Below are positions 17,960 to 26,915 of a stretch of 64,000 nucleotides of DNA, piece by piece; position 1 is the first letter of the stretch, and every line of letters starts with the position of its first letter. The translations under genes and the position numbers were made by a program. Where the stretch lies: the IMG/VR virus record IMGVR_UViG_3300002854_000227, positions 7,533-71,532 of that record, one strand, 5' to 3'. The notes below the pieces were generated by a model. That model did no database searches, was not told where the DNA came from, and worked only from the letters and a program-made list of their open reading frames with translations. The stretch is from a virus.

Positions 17960-19148
17960 TAATATCTCCCATGGAAGCCATTTGAATTTTTAGAATTTTC
18001 CGCAATTGGTTTTCAGGATGCAACATATTGTTTAGTGTAGAGTAAGCTTCTTGTGCTTGTTGAATATTATCAGTATTCAAAGCTTCCTCAAATTTTGATA
18101 CTGAATTTGTGAATACATCAGAAACCACACTTTTTAGCCCCATTACATCTGTTAGTATTTCTTCAACGGTCCATCCTTGGAATCCATACTTACTTGAAGC
18201 GATTTTTCGGACCGTTACTGAGCCATCTTCATGATATCCTAATGGTATAATCTCGTCGGATTGGGCTACTTGCAACATGTGCGGGCTATGAGTTGAAACA
18301 ATAAATTGAGCATTTGGGAATACAGTTTTCAATACTTGAATTAGTTTCGATTGCCATTGAGGATGTAAATGCAGGTCTAATTCATCGATTATTATTATTC
18401 CAGAGTATTCTTGAAATTGGATTTGTTTTTCATCTTTAAACCTGAACTCTACTTCTTTCATTAGACCTAGCAATATGTAGATTACAGATTTGTATCCAGA
18501 TGATAGATATTCAAAATACAACTCTGCTCCAGAATTGTTTTTTACTAGGATATCAAATGTCTCGATTTTAACTCTTGAAAATCTAATTTGATCATCCAAA
18601 ACGCCAAAAATCTCTTTTGCGGTTTCTAAATTCTTCTTCTGCACCTCTGAAAGCCCTAATTCATGTGGGGCCCACATGAATCTACTCACAAACCAATTTT
18701 TCAAGTCGTTGGCTTGTATACCGTATATTGATAAGTGATGATTATCTTGTGGGGAGTCCTTTGTAATTCCATTTAACGCAATGTAATCGAAGTGGCGGTT
18801 AGTCTTTAGAACTAGGACATTGTTAGCATGTTGAAATAAATGATGATGGTGATACGGAATGTTATTGTTCTCGGTGGGGTGAAAATTATTTCTGTCTAAT
18901 TGGGTATCAATTAGATCGTTATCAATGATAGTTGCTATTCTCCAATATCCTTGATCGTAGTTAGCATTTCTTCTAATAAAAGTTGAGTGATGGTGTGAAA
19001 AAGAATGTCCTATACATTCTAATATTGTTGTTTTCCCAATTCCGTTAGGACCACAAATAATATTGAATTGCCCGTTAAAGGAGATTGTTAGATCATCAAT
19101 CCCTCCGATTCCATGAATCTTGAGTTCTTTTATTCGTAACAATTTCAT
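17952..19148 (-). CDS. ABC/AAA ATPase, PtuA-like
   Basis: Walker A GPNGIGKT, signature LSSG, Walker B IIIIDELDLHLHP, H-loop STHSP; AT-rich. Confidence 0.85.
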   Translation of the reverse strand: MKLLRIKELKIHGIGGIDDLTISFNGQFNIICGPNGIGKTTILECIGHSFSHHHSTFIRRNANYDQGYWRIATIIDNDLIDTQLDRNNFHPTENNNIPYHHHHLFQHANNVLVLKTNRHFDYIALNGITKDSPQDNHHLSIYGIQANDLKNWFVSRFMWAPHELGLSEVQKKNLETAKEIFGVLDDQIRFSRVKIETFDILVKNNSGAELYFEYLSSGYKSVIYILLGLMKEVEFRFKDEKQIQFQEYSGIIIIDELDLHLHPQWQSKLIQVLKTVFPNAQFIVSTHSPHMLQVAQSDEIIPLGYHEDGSVTVRKIASSKYGFQGWTVEEILTDVMGLKSVVSDVFTNSVSKFEEALNTDNIQQAQEAYSTLNNMLHPENQLRKILKIQMASMGDIND

Positions 19149-19282
19149 TTCCTCATTTCATTTTATTGTAAAAAGCCTTTTTATTATTGTACATTGATAG
19201 GGATACTTTGGAAATAAATTCATTTCACTCTTATAATATGAAACTATTTAAAATATTCAACCCTATCAATTGAATATGTTAC

Positions 19283-20134
19283 TTATATAATGAAATCCAC
19301 AAACTCAGGACTCCTCAACATCCCCGCACGTGTCCAATTTCTGAACCTCACTCTAGCACTAATCCTCTGCTCCAAATAAACGAAATCTCGATCCTCCCCG
19401 GTGACAAGCCTCTGAGCTACTTTATAAAAAGCCCTCTTATGGTCCTGCGGTACCGCAAGCTCAATTATTCCAACCGGCCGCCCTTGATACATCGCCAGCC
19501 AGCGCAATTGATCCTTGCGGTATCCTGCGACTTGGATGACTGCATACGTGTAGTTAATAATTTTGATCCAGTTGGCATCGCGCCGGCCGACGTAGCGGCT
19601 TGTCTGCCTCTTTGCGACGATCCCCTCGAGCTTTTTTTCCTTGATCGCTTCGAACAACGCGACGCCGGTCCCAGGTACGCTCAATACAGGGCTGTGAAAC
19701 TGATTCGGCGTCAACACTTCCCGGAGAATCCGTTTGCGTTCCGTGAGCGGCAGCGCCCGCAGGTCCCGACCACGGTACCGCAAAATATCAAACACGTAAT
19801 AGTGGACCGGCTGCCGAATCATTGCCTGTCGGATCGCCATCGACTTTCGAGTTGAGAATCGTTCCATGATTAGCTCGAACTCAATTGTTCCGGTCTCTGG
19901 GTTATGACAAGCGACCTCACCGTCTAGGACCGTGTCCGCGCTGTCGTCGATCGGCACGTTGTGTAGCTCGGGGTATTGCCGTGTGACATCGTTATTATGA
20001 CGTGTAAAAAGACGGACCTGTCCGGCCTCCATGGAGAGGATGAGACGGTGTCCGTCGATCTTTGGCTCAAATATGTACCGCTCATCGTCGAATGGCTTTT
20101 CTCGCTTATCGAGGAGCATTGGAGGGAGGAACAT
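19283..20134 (-). CDS. ATP-dependent DNA ligase
   Basis: Motif I EPKIDGHR, LDGEV, YVFDIL, EGIVAKR...Y..RR..NWIK, FRNWTRAGMLR.P. Confidence 0.9.
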   Translation of the reverse strand: MFLPPMLLDKREKPFDDERYIFEPKIDGHRLILSMEAGQVRLFTRHNNDVTRQYPELHNVPIDDSADTVLDGEVACHNPETGTIEFELIMERFSTRKSMAIRQAMIRQPVHYYVFDILRYRGRDLRALPLTERKRILREVLTPNQFHSPVLSVPGTGVALFEAIKEKKLEGIVAKRQTSRYVGRRDANWIKIINYTYAVIQVAGYRKDQLRWLAMYQGRPVGIIELAVPQDHKRAFYKVAQRLVTGEDRDFVYLEQRISARVRFRNWTRAGMLRSPEFVDFII

Positions 20135-20214
20135 CGATAACACCGCCAGTATAACTAGGTTGATATACCGATTGTATCATTCAGGTGGCATAACTGATGC
20201 AGGTAAACATTGGA

Positions 20215-20430
20215 CTAATCCTGTTTCAACCGAATCTCTGAACCATCCTTTGGGTAGTGCTCGCCGTCTTCGAGAACAATCGTGATATCGGTTTGGCTAA
20301 TGATCCGACCGACGCCCATTAGTTCATCCACTTTATACTCCCCGGTCCCGAAGCGGTAGCCGTAAGTCCTCCAGACCTCAATCTCCACACAGGCAAGGAT
20401 CATCTCATTAAACTGCTTAACGTCCATCAT
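20215..20430 (-). CDS. Hypothetical protein, paralogue of 63538..63750
   Basis: GGGAGG RBS; near-identical C-terminal half to the prophage 2 copy. Confidence 0.75.
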   Translation of the reverse strand: MMDVKQFNEMILACVEIEVWRTYGYRFGTGEYKVDELMGVGRIISQTDITIVLEDGEHYPKDGSEIRLKQD

Positions 20431-20596
20431 AACGATTAGGCCTCCCGATCTCCCGAACAAATTTACCTCGATCGTCATAAACCAAAATGCTTAGTCCTTT
20501 AATTGCCCCCTTAGTCTCCATAAGTAGTCGAAATGCCTCGTCCCTCGATAACGATACGTTGATACGTTGCCCGTTGTAGGCAAGGTAGTACTTCAG
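20417..20596 (-). CDS. Small hypothetical protein (59 aa, apparent CTG start)
   Basis: GGAGG 7 nt before CTG; reads KYYLAYNGQRINVSLSRDEAFRLL...; stop overlaps next start region. Confidence 0.45.
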   Translation of the reverse strand: MKYYLAYNGQRINVSLSRDEAFRLLMETKGAIKGLSILVYDDRGKFVREIGRPNRYDGR

Positions 20597-20697
20597 TTTT
20601 CGCCCTCCAGGATCCGTTCCTATTCATCATTCTTCGACACTCGCCCATAATTCCCTTTATTTAGGATATAAAATCTCAGTTAGGAATAAATTGAGTG

Positions 20698-20743
20698 TTG
20701 CAAGGGAACAACTGTTCGTATTATGATAGGGAACAAACGTTCC
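20698..20743 (+). promoter_or_regulatory. sigmaA-like promoter with two LexA/DinR (Cheo) SOS boxes
   Basis: GAAC-AACT-GTTC at 20706-20717 and GAAC-AAAC-GTTC at 20731-20742; TTGCAA (20698)...TATGAT (20722). Confidence 0.85.
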
Positions 20744-20761
20744 TGTTTGGAGGCGGACGAA

Positions 20762-20962
20762 ATGACCGTGGAGAGGTATGTGGGCCGAGTGGTCGAGATC
20801 GTGTACATGGACAGCAAAGGTCGCTTCAGCAAACGAACGATCCGAATTCTCCGGGTGGAGGCGGGGATCGTACATGCGTTCGACGTGTCCCGCAACGGGC
20901 CGAGAAGATTCGACCATGAACGCATCCTGGCGGCGCAACCGGTGGTCCGCGATGCCTCCTGA
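20762..20962 (+). CDS. Small YolD/WYL-like protein
   Basis: GGAGG RBS then ATG 20762; VEIVYMD.KGRFSKRTIR...RRF...RI motif; first gene after SOS boxes. Confidence 0.7.
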   Translation: MTVERYVGRVVEIVYMDSKGRFSKRTIRILRVEAGIVHAFDVSRNGPRRFDHERILAAQPVVRDAS

Positions 20963-22211
20963 GCGGACGATATTCCTGATCGATGGACAGTCCTTCTACG
21001 CATCGGTCGAAAAGGCAGCTCATCCCGAATACGCCAATAAGCCGGTGGCGGTGGGAGATCCGGCGCGGCCGTCTGGAATAATACTGGCCGCGTGTCCGAT
21101 CGCCAAATCCCGCGGTGTGACGACGGCTGAACGCAATTTTACAGCTTTGGCCAAGTGTCCGAACCTCGTGATTATCCGGCCGCGGATGCAACGTTACATC
21201 GAGATCTCGTTGGCGATCACGGAAATATTTGAGTCATACACGGATCTGGTCGAACCGTACAGTATCGACGAACAATTTCTGGACGTCACCGGGGTACTTC
21301 ACCAGTATGAATCTGCCGAGAAGCTGGCGATGGAAATCCAGAATGAGATTCTATTGTCCACCGGCGTTTGGTCGAGGGTGGGAATCGGTCCGTCAAAGAT
21401 CCTCGCCAAAACGGCGACAGACAATTTTTCCAAAAAGAATGAGACAGGAATTTTCCGTCTCGGCTACGACAATATCGAGGATGTCCTGTGGCCGCTGCCG
21501 GTCCAACAGATGTTCATGGTGGCGAGCAAGATGGCCACACACTTTCACATCATGGGCCTTCCGACAATTGGCCACATAGCCCGCATGCCGCTCGCGGATT
21601 TTAAGCGCCGCATGAGACAGCACATGGGCAGGCAGAGCGACATTCAGGCGGAGTACTACTGGCAGACGGCGCGGGGCATCGACCCGAGCCCTGTCGTGCC
21701 GTCAATTCGCAGCGAGCTCAAGTCCGTCAGCCACGGCAAGACGCTCCGGGCGAGCTTATACTATAAGAGCCCAGACATAGAGCTCGTGCTGCAGGAACTA
21801 GTAATCGAGGTATGCCGGCGAGCGCGTCGGCTAGGAAAGCAAGGTCGTGTCGTATCCGTAGGCCTCGGGGAGACGGACGGGGAGCGCGCGGCGCGGTTTG
21901 GACGGCAGGCGACGCTGCAGCACGCGACAAACCTCACGCACGAGGTGTATGCAGCAACTCTCCGGCTATTCCGCGAATACTGGCAAGGGATGTCTGTGGG
22001 ATACCTGTACGTGTCATTGACGCAACTGTCCGAAGACAGCGTGACGCAGCTCGCGCTGTTCGATGATCGTGCCCGCCGGCACGACCTGGAGGCTGTCACG
22101 GATGCAATCAAGGACCGCTATGGAAGCGCGGCGATTATGCGAGCCTCGTCATTGCAAGGGTCCGGGGTGGCGCGCGAGCGGGCCGGGCAGATCGGAGGGC
22201 ACTATAAATGA
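20952..22211 (+). CDS. Y-family DNA polymerase (DinB/UvrX/UmuC-like)
   Basis: LIDGQSFYASVE, SIDEQFLD, IKDRYG..AIMRA motifs. Confidence 0.93.
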   Translation: MPPERTIFLIDGQSFYASVEKAAHPEYANKPVAVGDPARPSGIILAACPIAKSRGVTTAERNFTALAKCPNLVIIRPRMQRYIEISLAITEIFESYTDLVEPYSIDEQFLDVTGVLHQYESAEKLAMEIQNEILLSTGVWSRVGIGPSKILAKTATDNFSKKNETGIFRLGYDNIEDVLWPLPVQQMFMVASKMATHFHIMGLPTIGHIARMPLADFKRRMRQHMGRQSDIQAEYYWQTARGIDPSPVVPSIRSELKSVSHGKTLRASLYYKSPDIELVLQELVIEVCRRARRLGKQGRVVSVGLGETDGERAARFGRQATLQHATNLTHEVYAATLRLFREYWQGMSVGYLYVSLTQLSEDSVTQLALFDDRARRHDLEAVTDAIKDRYGSAAIMRASSLQGSGVARERAGQIGGHYK

Positions 22212-22669
22212 CCAAGCTTGACGGCAATGGCCGCTGGGGCGGCAAGATGCTGCTGACGGAGCATCCGGAGCAATATGAACGACGAATCGATACGGTAAAA
22301 GCCGGCAAGGCGACGGCCGAGGATCTCCGGTTAATAAGAGACTCCATTTTACTGCCGTACTTGATGACGATGATCCAAAGATCGATCGATGAGGTCGGGC
22401 GCTCTCAAATTTCCATGTACAATGTAATGGGGCGTTTTATGAGGGTGCTGCTGGACCGAGCCAGTCTTGAATCCTTTAACGTCCGCAGAGAACTTAAAAA
22501 GCGTAATATCAAGATCCTGAATGATGAGACGCAAGACGACATGGTCTACAATCGTTACGTCTGCAGAGGGTATGAGGGCAAGTTTGGGATGACTAGGGAA
22601 ATCATGCGGGCAGAGATTAGCAAGCACCTGTCTCAAATAGTGGAAGGTTTTCTTAAACCAAAGGAGTGA
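22208..22669 (+). CDS. Hypothetical protein coupled to the Y-family polymerase gene
   Basis: ATGA overlap; KLDGNGRW..KMLLTEH N-terminus resembles YolD-like partners. Confidence 0.65.
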   Translation: MTKLDGNGRWGGKMLLTEHPEQYERRIDTVKAGKATAEDLRLIRDSILLPYLMTMIQRSIDEVGRSQISMYNVMGRFMRVLLDRASLESFNVRRELKKRNIKILNDETQDDMVYNRYVCRGYEGKFGMTREIMRAEISKHLSQIVEGFLKPKE

Positions 22670-23457
22670 TCGTCGTGCAAGAAGAAATATACGTTGCTTG
22701 TCGATGTGAAGAGAGTCCAGAAATTTTAACGGTAACCACCGAGTTTATTGTAGCGTTGGATCAATACGCTATAGATGAAGAAAACGTATGGATAGAGATC
22801 TGGAAAGGAGGGAAAAGAACGGCTACATGTCGAACTCGGCTAGATTTTGCGAAGCAAGGGATCACCTTTCATATCAACCGAAGAGTTCCGGAGAGAAATG
22901 ACCTGGAGCGGCGGCGCTCATTGAGATTCTATCTATATAATGAAAGTAGAAACCCCGGTCTAATGTGGCCGGGGTTTTATGCGCATAGATTTATTCTTAC
23001 GGACGTCAGCGCCTACTGGGACAACGCGGCGACGATCTGCGCGATGCGGGAGGCGGACGACCGGTTTCTGGTGACGACGGAAAGCCTTAGTCATTTTCAA
23101 GAGGACGTCCATCGCTGGACGGGCCAGGTCGGATCTCAATTCGGCATGAGGCCGGAGCAATTTCAGTTGGTGCTGCTGCAAGGAGGGCATCGAACGACGG
23201 GAGGATATCGCGTGAAGGAGATTCGCAAGGAGACCGGCTGTACCGAGTACGCCGAGCTGAAGCTTCTCGAGAGCATGCACCTGCAATTGGACAGCGGCAG
23301 GCTCGACGAGTGGTTGTCGTCCGACGAGAAGCACGGGGCCAGCTTCGACCCGGTCGCCCGGCCTCTCCTCCGGAGCCTGAACTGGACCGACAGGCTGCGG
23401 CAGACGGAGAGGCCTTGGGTGCGGCGCCTGATGAGGCATCGCGGGAGGGGAAGATGA
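22666..23457 (+). CDS. Chimeric ORF: AT-rich phage-side N-terminus fused in frame to 3' part of host cpaE-like gene
   Basis: Single 263-aa frame crossing a hairpin and a composition break near 22990. Confidence 0.5.
   Translation: MIVVQEEIYVACRCEESPEILTVTTEFIVALDQYAIDEENVWIEIWKGGKRTATCRTRLDFAKQGITFHINRRVPERNDLERRRSLRFYLYNESRNPGLMWPGFYAHRFILTDVSAYWDNAATICAMREADDRFLVTTESLSHFQEDVHRWTGQVGSQFGMRPEQFQLVLLQGGHRTTGGYRVKEIRKETGCTEYAELKLLESMHLQLDSGRLDEWLSSDEKHGASFDPVARPLLRSLNWTDRLRQTERPWVRRLMRHRGRGR
22950..22980. terminator. Hairpin / probable terminator at prophage 1 right end
   Basis: AAACCCCGG-10nt-CCGGGGTTT perfect inverted repeat followed by T. Confidence 0.65.
22990..23457 (+). pseudogene. 3' fragment of host CpaE/TadZ-like (MinD/ParA-like) pilus gene
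   Basis: GC-rich; DVSAYWDNAATICAMREADDRFLVTT resembles MinD-family Walker-B region; stop overlaps cpaF start (ATGA). Confidence 0.55.
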
Positions 23458-24956
23458 GGGCGCGTCCGGAGACGGAGGCTCAGGGAGGGACGGTTGCCGG
23501 GATAGAGCCGGAAGAGCGTTCAGGTAGCCGCGAGCCTTCGGGCAAGCGGTTTTCCCCGGCCGCGTACGCGGCCGGCCTGCAAGCATCCGAATCGTTGCAG
23601 GCCGCGGGGGTTCCCGAGGAGCGGGAGCCGTCCGACGCGTTGAACCGGCTGAGGGCGTATACGGAGGAAGTTCGGCAGATGCTGTCGACGCCGCGGGGCT
23701 GGAGCGAGGAAGAGCGCAAGCAATACGCGGAGAAGCTGAACCGGGCGATCATCGGATTTCCGCAGGAGCGCGCGGAGATGCTGGCGATCATCGCGGACTG
23801 GATCATCCGCAAGCGGCTGCAGCATGTGTCGTTCGGAGGCCTTCCGTACGCGACGCTCGCGGAGGCGCTGTTCGCCGAGGTCATCGGGATGAACGTGCTC
23901 GAGCTCGTGCTGCGGAACCGGGAGGGGCTGGAAGAGGTCCAGGTGGTCGGCACCCGAATCTTCGAGATCCGGGACGGCCGGGCGACGCCTTCGCCTTACC
24001 GGTTCCAGGAAGTGTCGCAAGTGGAGAGAATCCAGCAAAATCTGGTGCTGTTCAACAACGACCGGATCAACCCCCGCAAGCGATGGGCGGAAGTGCTGTT
24101 GCTCGACGGCTCGCGGGTGACGCTGACCGGCTTCGGCTTTACGGCGCAGCCGACGCTGACGATCCGGCTGTACACGGTCAAGCGTTTCAGCCTTGATACG
24201 CTCTGTCGGCCGGAATACCGGACGATGGACGAACGGGTGAAGGAGCTGCTCCTGCTGATCGTCGCTAGCAGGCTGAACATGGTCGTGATCGGGGCGACGA
24301 ACACGGGGAAGACGCATCTGATCAAGGCGCTCATCTCCGCCATGCCGGACGAGGAACGGATCGTGACGATCGAAGGGCGCTTCGAGCTGATGCTGGGGCG
24401 CGACTTCCCCGACAAGAACGTCGTAGAGTACGAGGCGGAGGAGGACGATCCGCTGCACGGTCCCCGGCAGGCGTTCAAGCTGGCGCTGCGGCAATCCCCG
24501 CGAAGGATTTGCCATGCGGAGATTCGCGACGAAGACGCCAACATCTACGTTCGCGCCTGCACCCGTGGGCACGAGGGGAGCATTACGTCGGTACACGCGA
24601 GCGGCCTCGAGGACGTTCCCGATACGATTACCGACATGTGCCTGCTCGACGGGCGAGGGATGAATCCCGCGTCCATGACCCGCCGGATCGCCGAGCACGT
24701 GACGCACGTCGGGTTCGAGATGAGGATGATCGGGGGGATGCGCAAGCTGGCGCGGGTCGGGGAATTCGAGTGGCGGGAAGGTACGGTAGGGGTGAGGGAC
24801 TTGGCGGTCTACGACGAGAAGGAAGAGCGCTGGACGTTCCCGGAGAGCTTCTCCGGGAAGGCGCTTCGCAAAATATCGCGAGCGGATCCGGACGGCTACG
24901 CGAACTTTCTCGAGCGGATTCGGGCGCCGCATGGCGAGGAGGCGATGGCGCGATGA
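23454..24956 (+). CDS. cpaF: Tad pilus assembly ATPase CpaF/TadA
   Basis: Walker A GATNTGKT, RIVTIE, ALRQSPRRICHAEIR, GHEGSITSVHA. Confidence 0.9.
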   Translation: MRARPETEAQGGTVAGIEPEERSGSREPSGKRFSPAAYAAGLQASESLQAAGVPEEREPSDALNRLRAYTEEVRQMLSTPRGWSEEERKQYAEKLNRAIIGFPQERAEMLAIIADWIIRKRLQHVSFGGLPYATLAEALFAEVIGMNVLELVLRNREGLEEVQVVGTRIFEIRDGRATPSPYRFQEVSQVERIQQNLVLFNNDRINPRKRWAEVLLLDGSRVTLTGFGFTAQPTLTIRLYTVKRFSLDTLCRPEYRTMDERVKELLLLIVASRLNMVVIGATNTGKTHLIKALISAMPDEERIVTIEGRFELMLGRDFPDKNVVEYEAEEDDPLHGPRQAFKLALRQSPRRICHAEIRDEDANIYVRACTRGHEGSITSVHASGLEDVPDTITDMCLLDGRGMNPASMTRRIAEHVTHVGFEMRMIGGMRKLARVGEFEWREGTVGVRDLAVYDEKEERWTFPESFSGKALRKISRADPDGYANFLERIRAPHGEEAMAR

Positions 24957-25888
24957 AGCCGTTGCTCTACGCCGCGGTCGTGATGCTCTTTATGCTTGCC
25001 TACGTCGGCTTCTATTCCGGCATGGGGATCTGGTGGGACGGACAATCCCGCAAAAGCCGCCTCCGTTCGAAGAAAAAGGCGGACCGGGAACGTCCGGAAA
25101 GACAGCTCCGATGGAGAAGCCTCGACAAGCTAAGGAGACACGTCTCCGATCTGCTGCTCGCGCTGGGCTGGCGAATCGGGCCGTTCGGATTCGCGGCGTG
25201 CTGCTGCGGAACCGGGCTGTCGGGCGCGCTCGCGGGAGCGGCGCTTTTCCAGTCGGGCCGCTCCGCGCTGCTGACGATGCTCATGTGCGGCACGGTCCCT
25301 TACGTCCTGCTTCGGATGTCGCTCATGAACCGGCAGATGGCGACCCGTCTGGAATTTCTTCCGGCCGTCGAGTTGTTCTACCAGAGCTATCTGGTGACGG
25401 GATGCCGCCACGTCCGGATCGCGTTGCAGAAGACGGTGGAAGAGAGAAGGTTGCCCGGGGAAGTGCAGGCGGTGTTCGACCAACTCTATCGGAACCTGTC
25501 GGTCAAAGGGGACGACGAGGGAAGCCTGAGGCGATTCTCGCTGTCGTTCGGCAACCTGTGGGCGGAGTATTTCGGCAACATTCTGAAAATCGCGCTCGGG
25601 GAGGGCAATAACGTCTCCGAAAACCTCAAGGAGCTGATCTCGGACATGCGCAAGGCGCAGCTCGCGAACCAGAAGGAGCGCCATCGCCTGTTGGAGATCC
25701 GGTTGGCGAACTATACGCCGGTCGCGTTTTTGGCCCTGTTCATGGGCGTCAATTTCAAGCTGAATCCGGAGGGCAGCTACGCTTACTATATCGCGGACCC
25801 CGGCGGCAGGAGCATGCTTCTGAACGCTGTGCTGCTCCTGTTCGGTTCGTTCCTGATGGGTCTTTATTTGTCGAGGAAGAAGCTGTAA
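24953..25888 (+). CDS. tadB: TadB-like inner membrane platform protein
   Basis: ATGA overlap with cpaF; multiple TM helices; GNNVSENLKELISD T2SSF-like segment. Confidence 0.72.
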   Translation: MKPLLYAAVVMLFMLAYVGFYSGMGIWWDGQSRKSRLRSKKKADRERPERQLRWRSLDKLRRHVSDLLLALGWRIGPFGFAACCCGTGLSGALAGAALFQSGRSALLTMLMCGTVPYVLLRMSLMNRQMATRLEFLPAVELFYQSYLVTGCRHVRIALQKTVEERRLPGEVQAVFDQLYRNLSVKGDDEGSLRRFSLSFGNLWAEYFGNILKIALGEGNNVSENLKELISDMRKAQLANQKERHRLLEIRLANYTPVAFLALFMGVNFKLNPEGSYAYYIADPGGRSMLLNAVLLLFGSFLMGLYLSRKKL

Positions 25889-25905
25889 GGCAAGGGGGAA
25901 AATCG

Positions 25906-26799
25906 ATGTCGGAGTATATGTCGGCGTTGACGTTCGGATTGGGCTGGCTCTTGCAGTTCGCGCTGGCGTTCGCCGGAATCTGGTTGGCGTTGCGGCTCGG
26001 CTTCGCGCCCGCCAACCGGTGGCGCGTCCAGTTGAAGGGCTGGCGCGCGAGAAAGGCGCCCCGCTGGTGGTTCAGGCTGTGGCGGACGGACAGGGAGAGC
26101 GTCGCCCTGCAGGAACGGCGCGTGCTGCTGGCCGGCTGCGGCATTCGCTATTCGCCGGAAGCGTATTTATCGGCGCGAAGGTGCGCGCTGACCGCGCTGC
26201 CGCTTGCGGGGTCGCTGCTGTACGCGTTGCAGGCGGGAAGCCTTCTCCCCGCGCTGCCCATTTGGAACGCGATCGTCGCGTTGGCGGCCGCCGCGATCGC
26301 GATCGCGCTCGACCGGCCGATGCTCCAGTCTTTCCGCCGCTATCGGACCGACCGGATCCGCAAGGAGATCGTCGCGGTCATCAGCCAATTGCTCTACTAT
26401 ACCGGCTCGAGGCTGCACCTGCACGGCAAGCTGATGAAGTGTTTGTCGCTGACCCGCCAAATCCGCTACGAGATGGGCTTGCTGCTGAACGAATGGTACC
26501 ACGACGCGGACACGGCGCTAAGGCGGTTCAAGGAGCGACTCGGCACGGACGAAGCTTACGGCTTCGCCGAGAGCCTTCGTTCCTTGCGGCTTAACGAGAG
26601 CGACGAAATCTACGCCCTCATGAGGGAGATCGTGCGGGACTACAAGGCCCAGATCGAGCTCGCCAAGGAAAGCCGCAAGGAGACGGCTTCGTATTTGCTA
26701 TTCGTGCTGGCCGGCATTCCGATCCTTTACACGTTTCAGATCTTTTTATATCCCTGGGTCCAGGAAGCGGCGAAGCTGTTCGACGCGCTTAACCCATAG
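25906..26799 (+). CDS. tadC: TadC-like inner membrane platform protein
   Basis: Follows tadB; TM helices; ALRRFKERLGTDEAYGFAESL segment. Confidence 0.7.
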   Translation: MSEYMSALTFGLGWLLQFALAFAGIWLALRLGFAPANRWRVQLKGWRARKAPRWWFRLWRTDRESVALQERRVLLAGCGIRYSPEAYLSARRCALTALPLAGSLLYALQAGSLLPALPIWNAIVALAAAAIAIALDRPMLQSFRRYRTDRIRKEIVAVISQLLYYTGSRLHLHGKLMKCLSLTRQIRYEMGLLLNEWYHDADTALRRFKERLGTDEAYGFAESLRSLRLNESDEIYALMREIVRDYKAQIELAKESRKETASYLLFVLAGIPILYTFQIFLYPWVQEAAKLFDALNP

Positions 26800-26816
26800 G
26801 AAGGAGGTGTGCAAGG

Positions 26817-26897
26817 ATGAGAAATATTCTGATCACCGTCATGATGCTGATTACGGTTATATACGCGGAAACCGCTGTAATTATAGGTCTTTTTTAA
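26817..26897 (+). pseudogene. 5' remnant of small pilin-like gene, probably interrupted by prophage 2
   Basis: Strong AAGGAGGTG RBS, MRNILITVMMLI hydrophobic start, then AT-rich sequence and stop after 26 codons, 18 nt from integrase stop. Confidence 0.6.
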
Positions 26898-26915
26898 TAT
26901 CCGTGAGCGTCTTGC

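Larger units (their letters stand above)
1..22990 (+). mobile_element. Prophage 1, right part (PBSX/Xkd-like contractile-tail phage); left part outside window; right end approximate
   Basis: Contiguous neck-sheath-tube-TMP-baseplate-fibre-holin-endolysin genes then accessory genes; abrupt change to GC-rich host-like sequence near 22990-23010. Confidence 0.9.

Noticed and set aside
17216-19280. Retron type I-A
   Set aside because: Effector-like ATPase and HNH are present, but there is no RT and no convincing msr-msd; treated as Septu-like
23520-24932. 470-aa minus-strand ORF
   Set aside because: Shadow of GC-rich cpaF; no recognisable motifs, Arg/Pro/His-rich antisense composition
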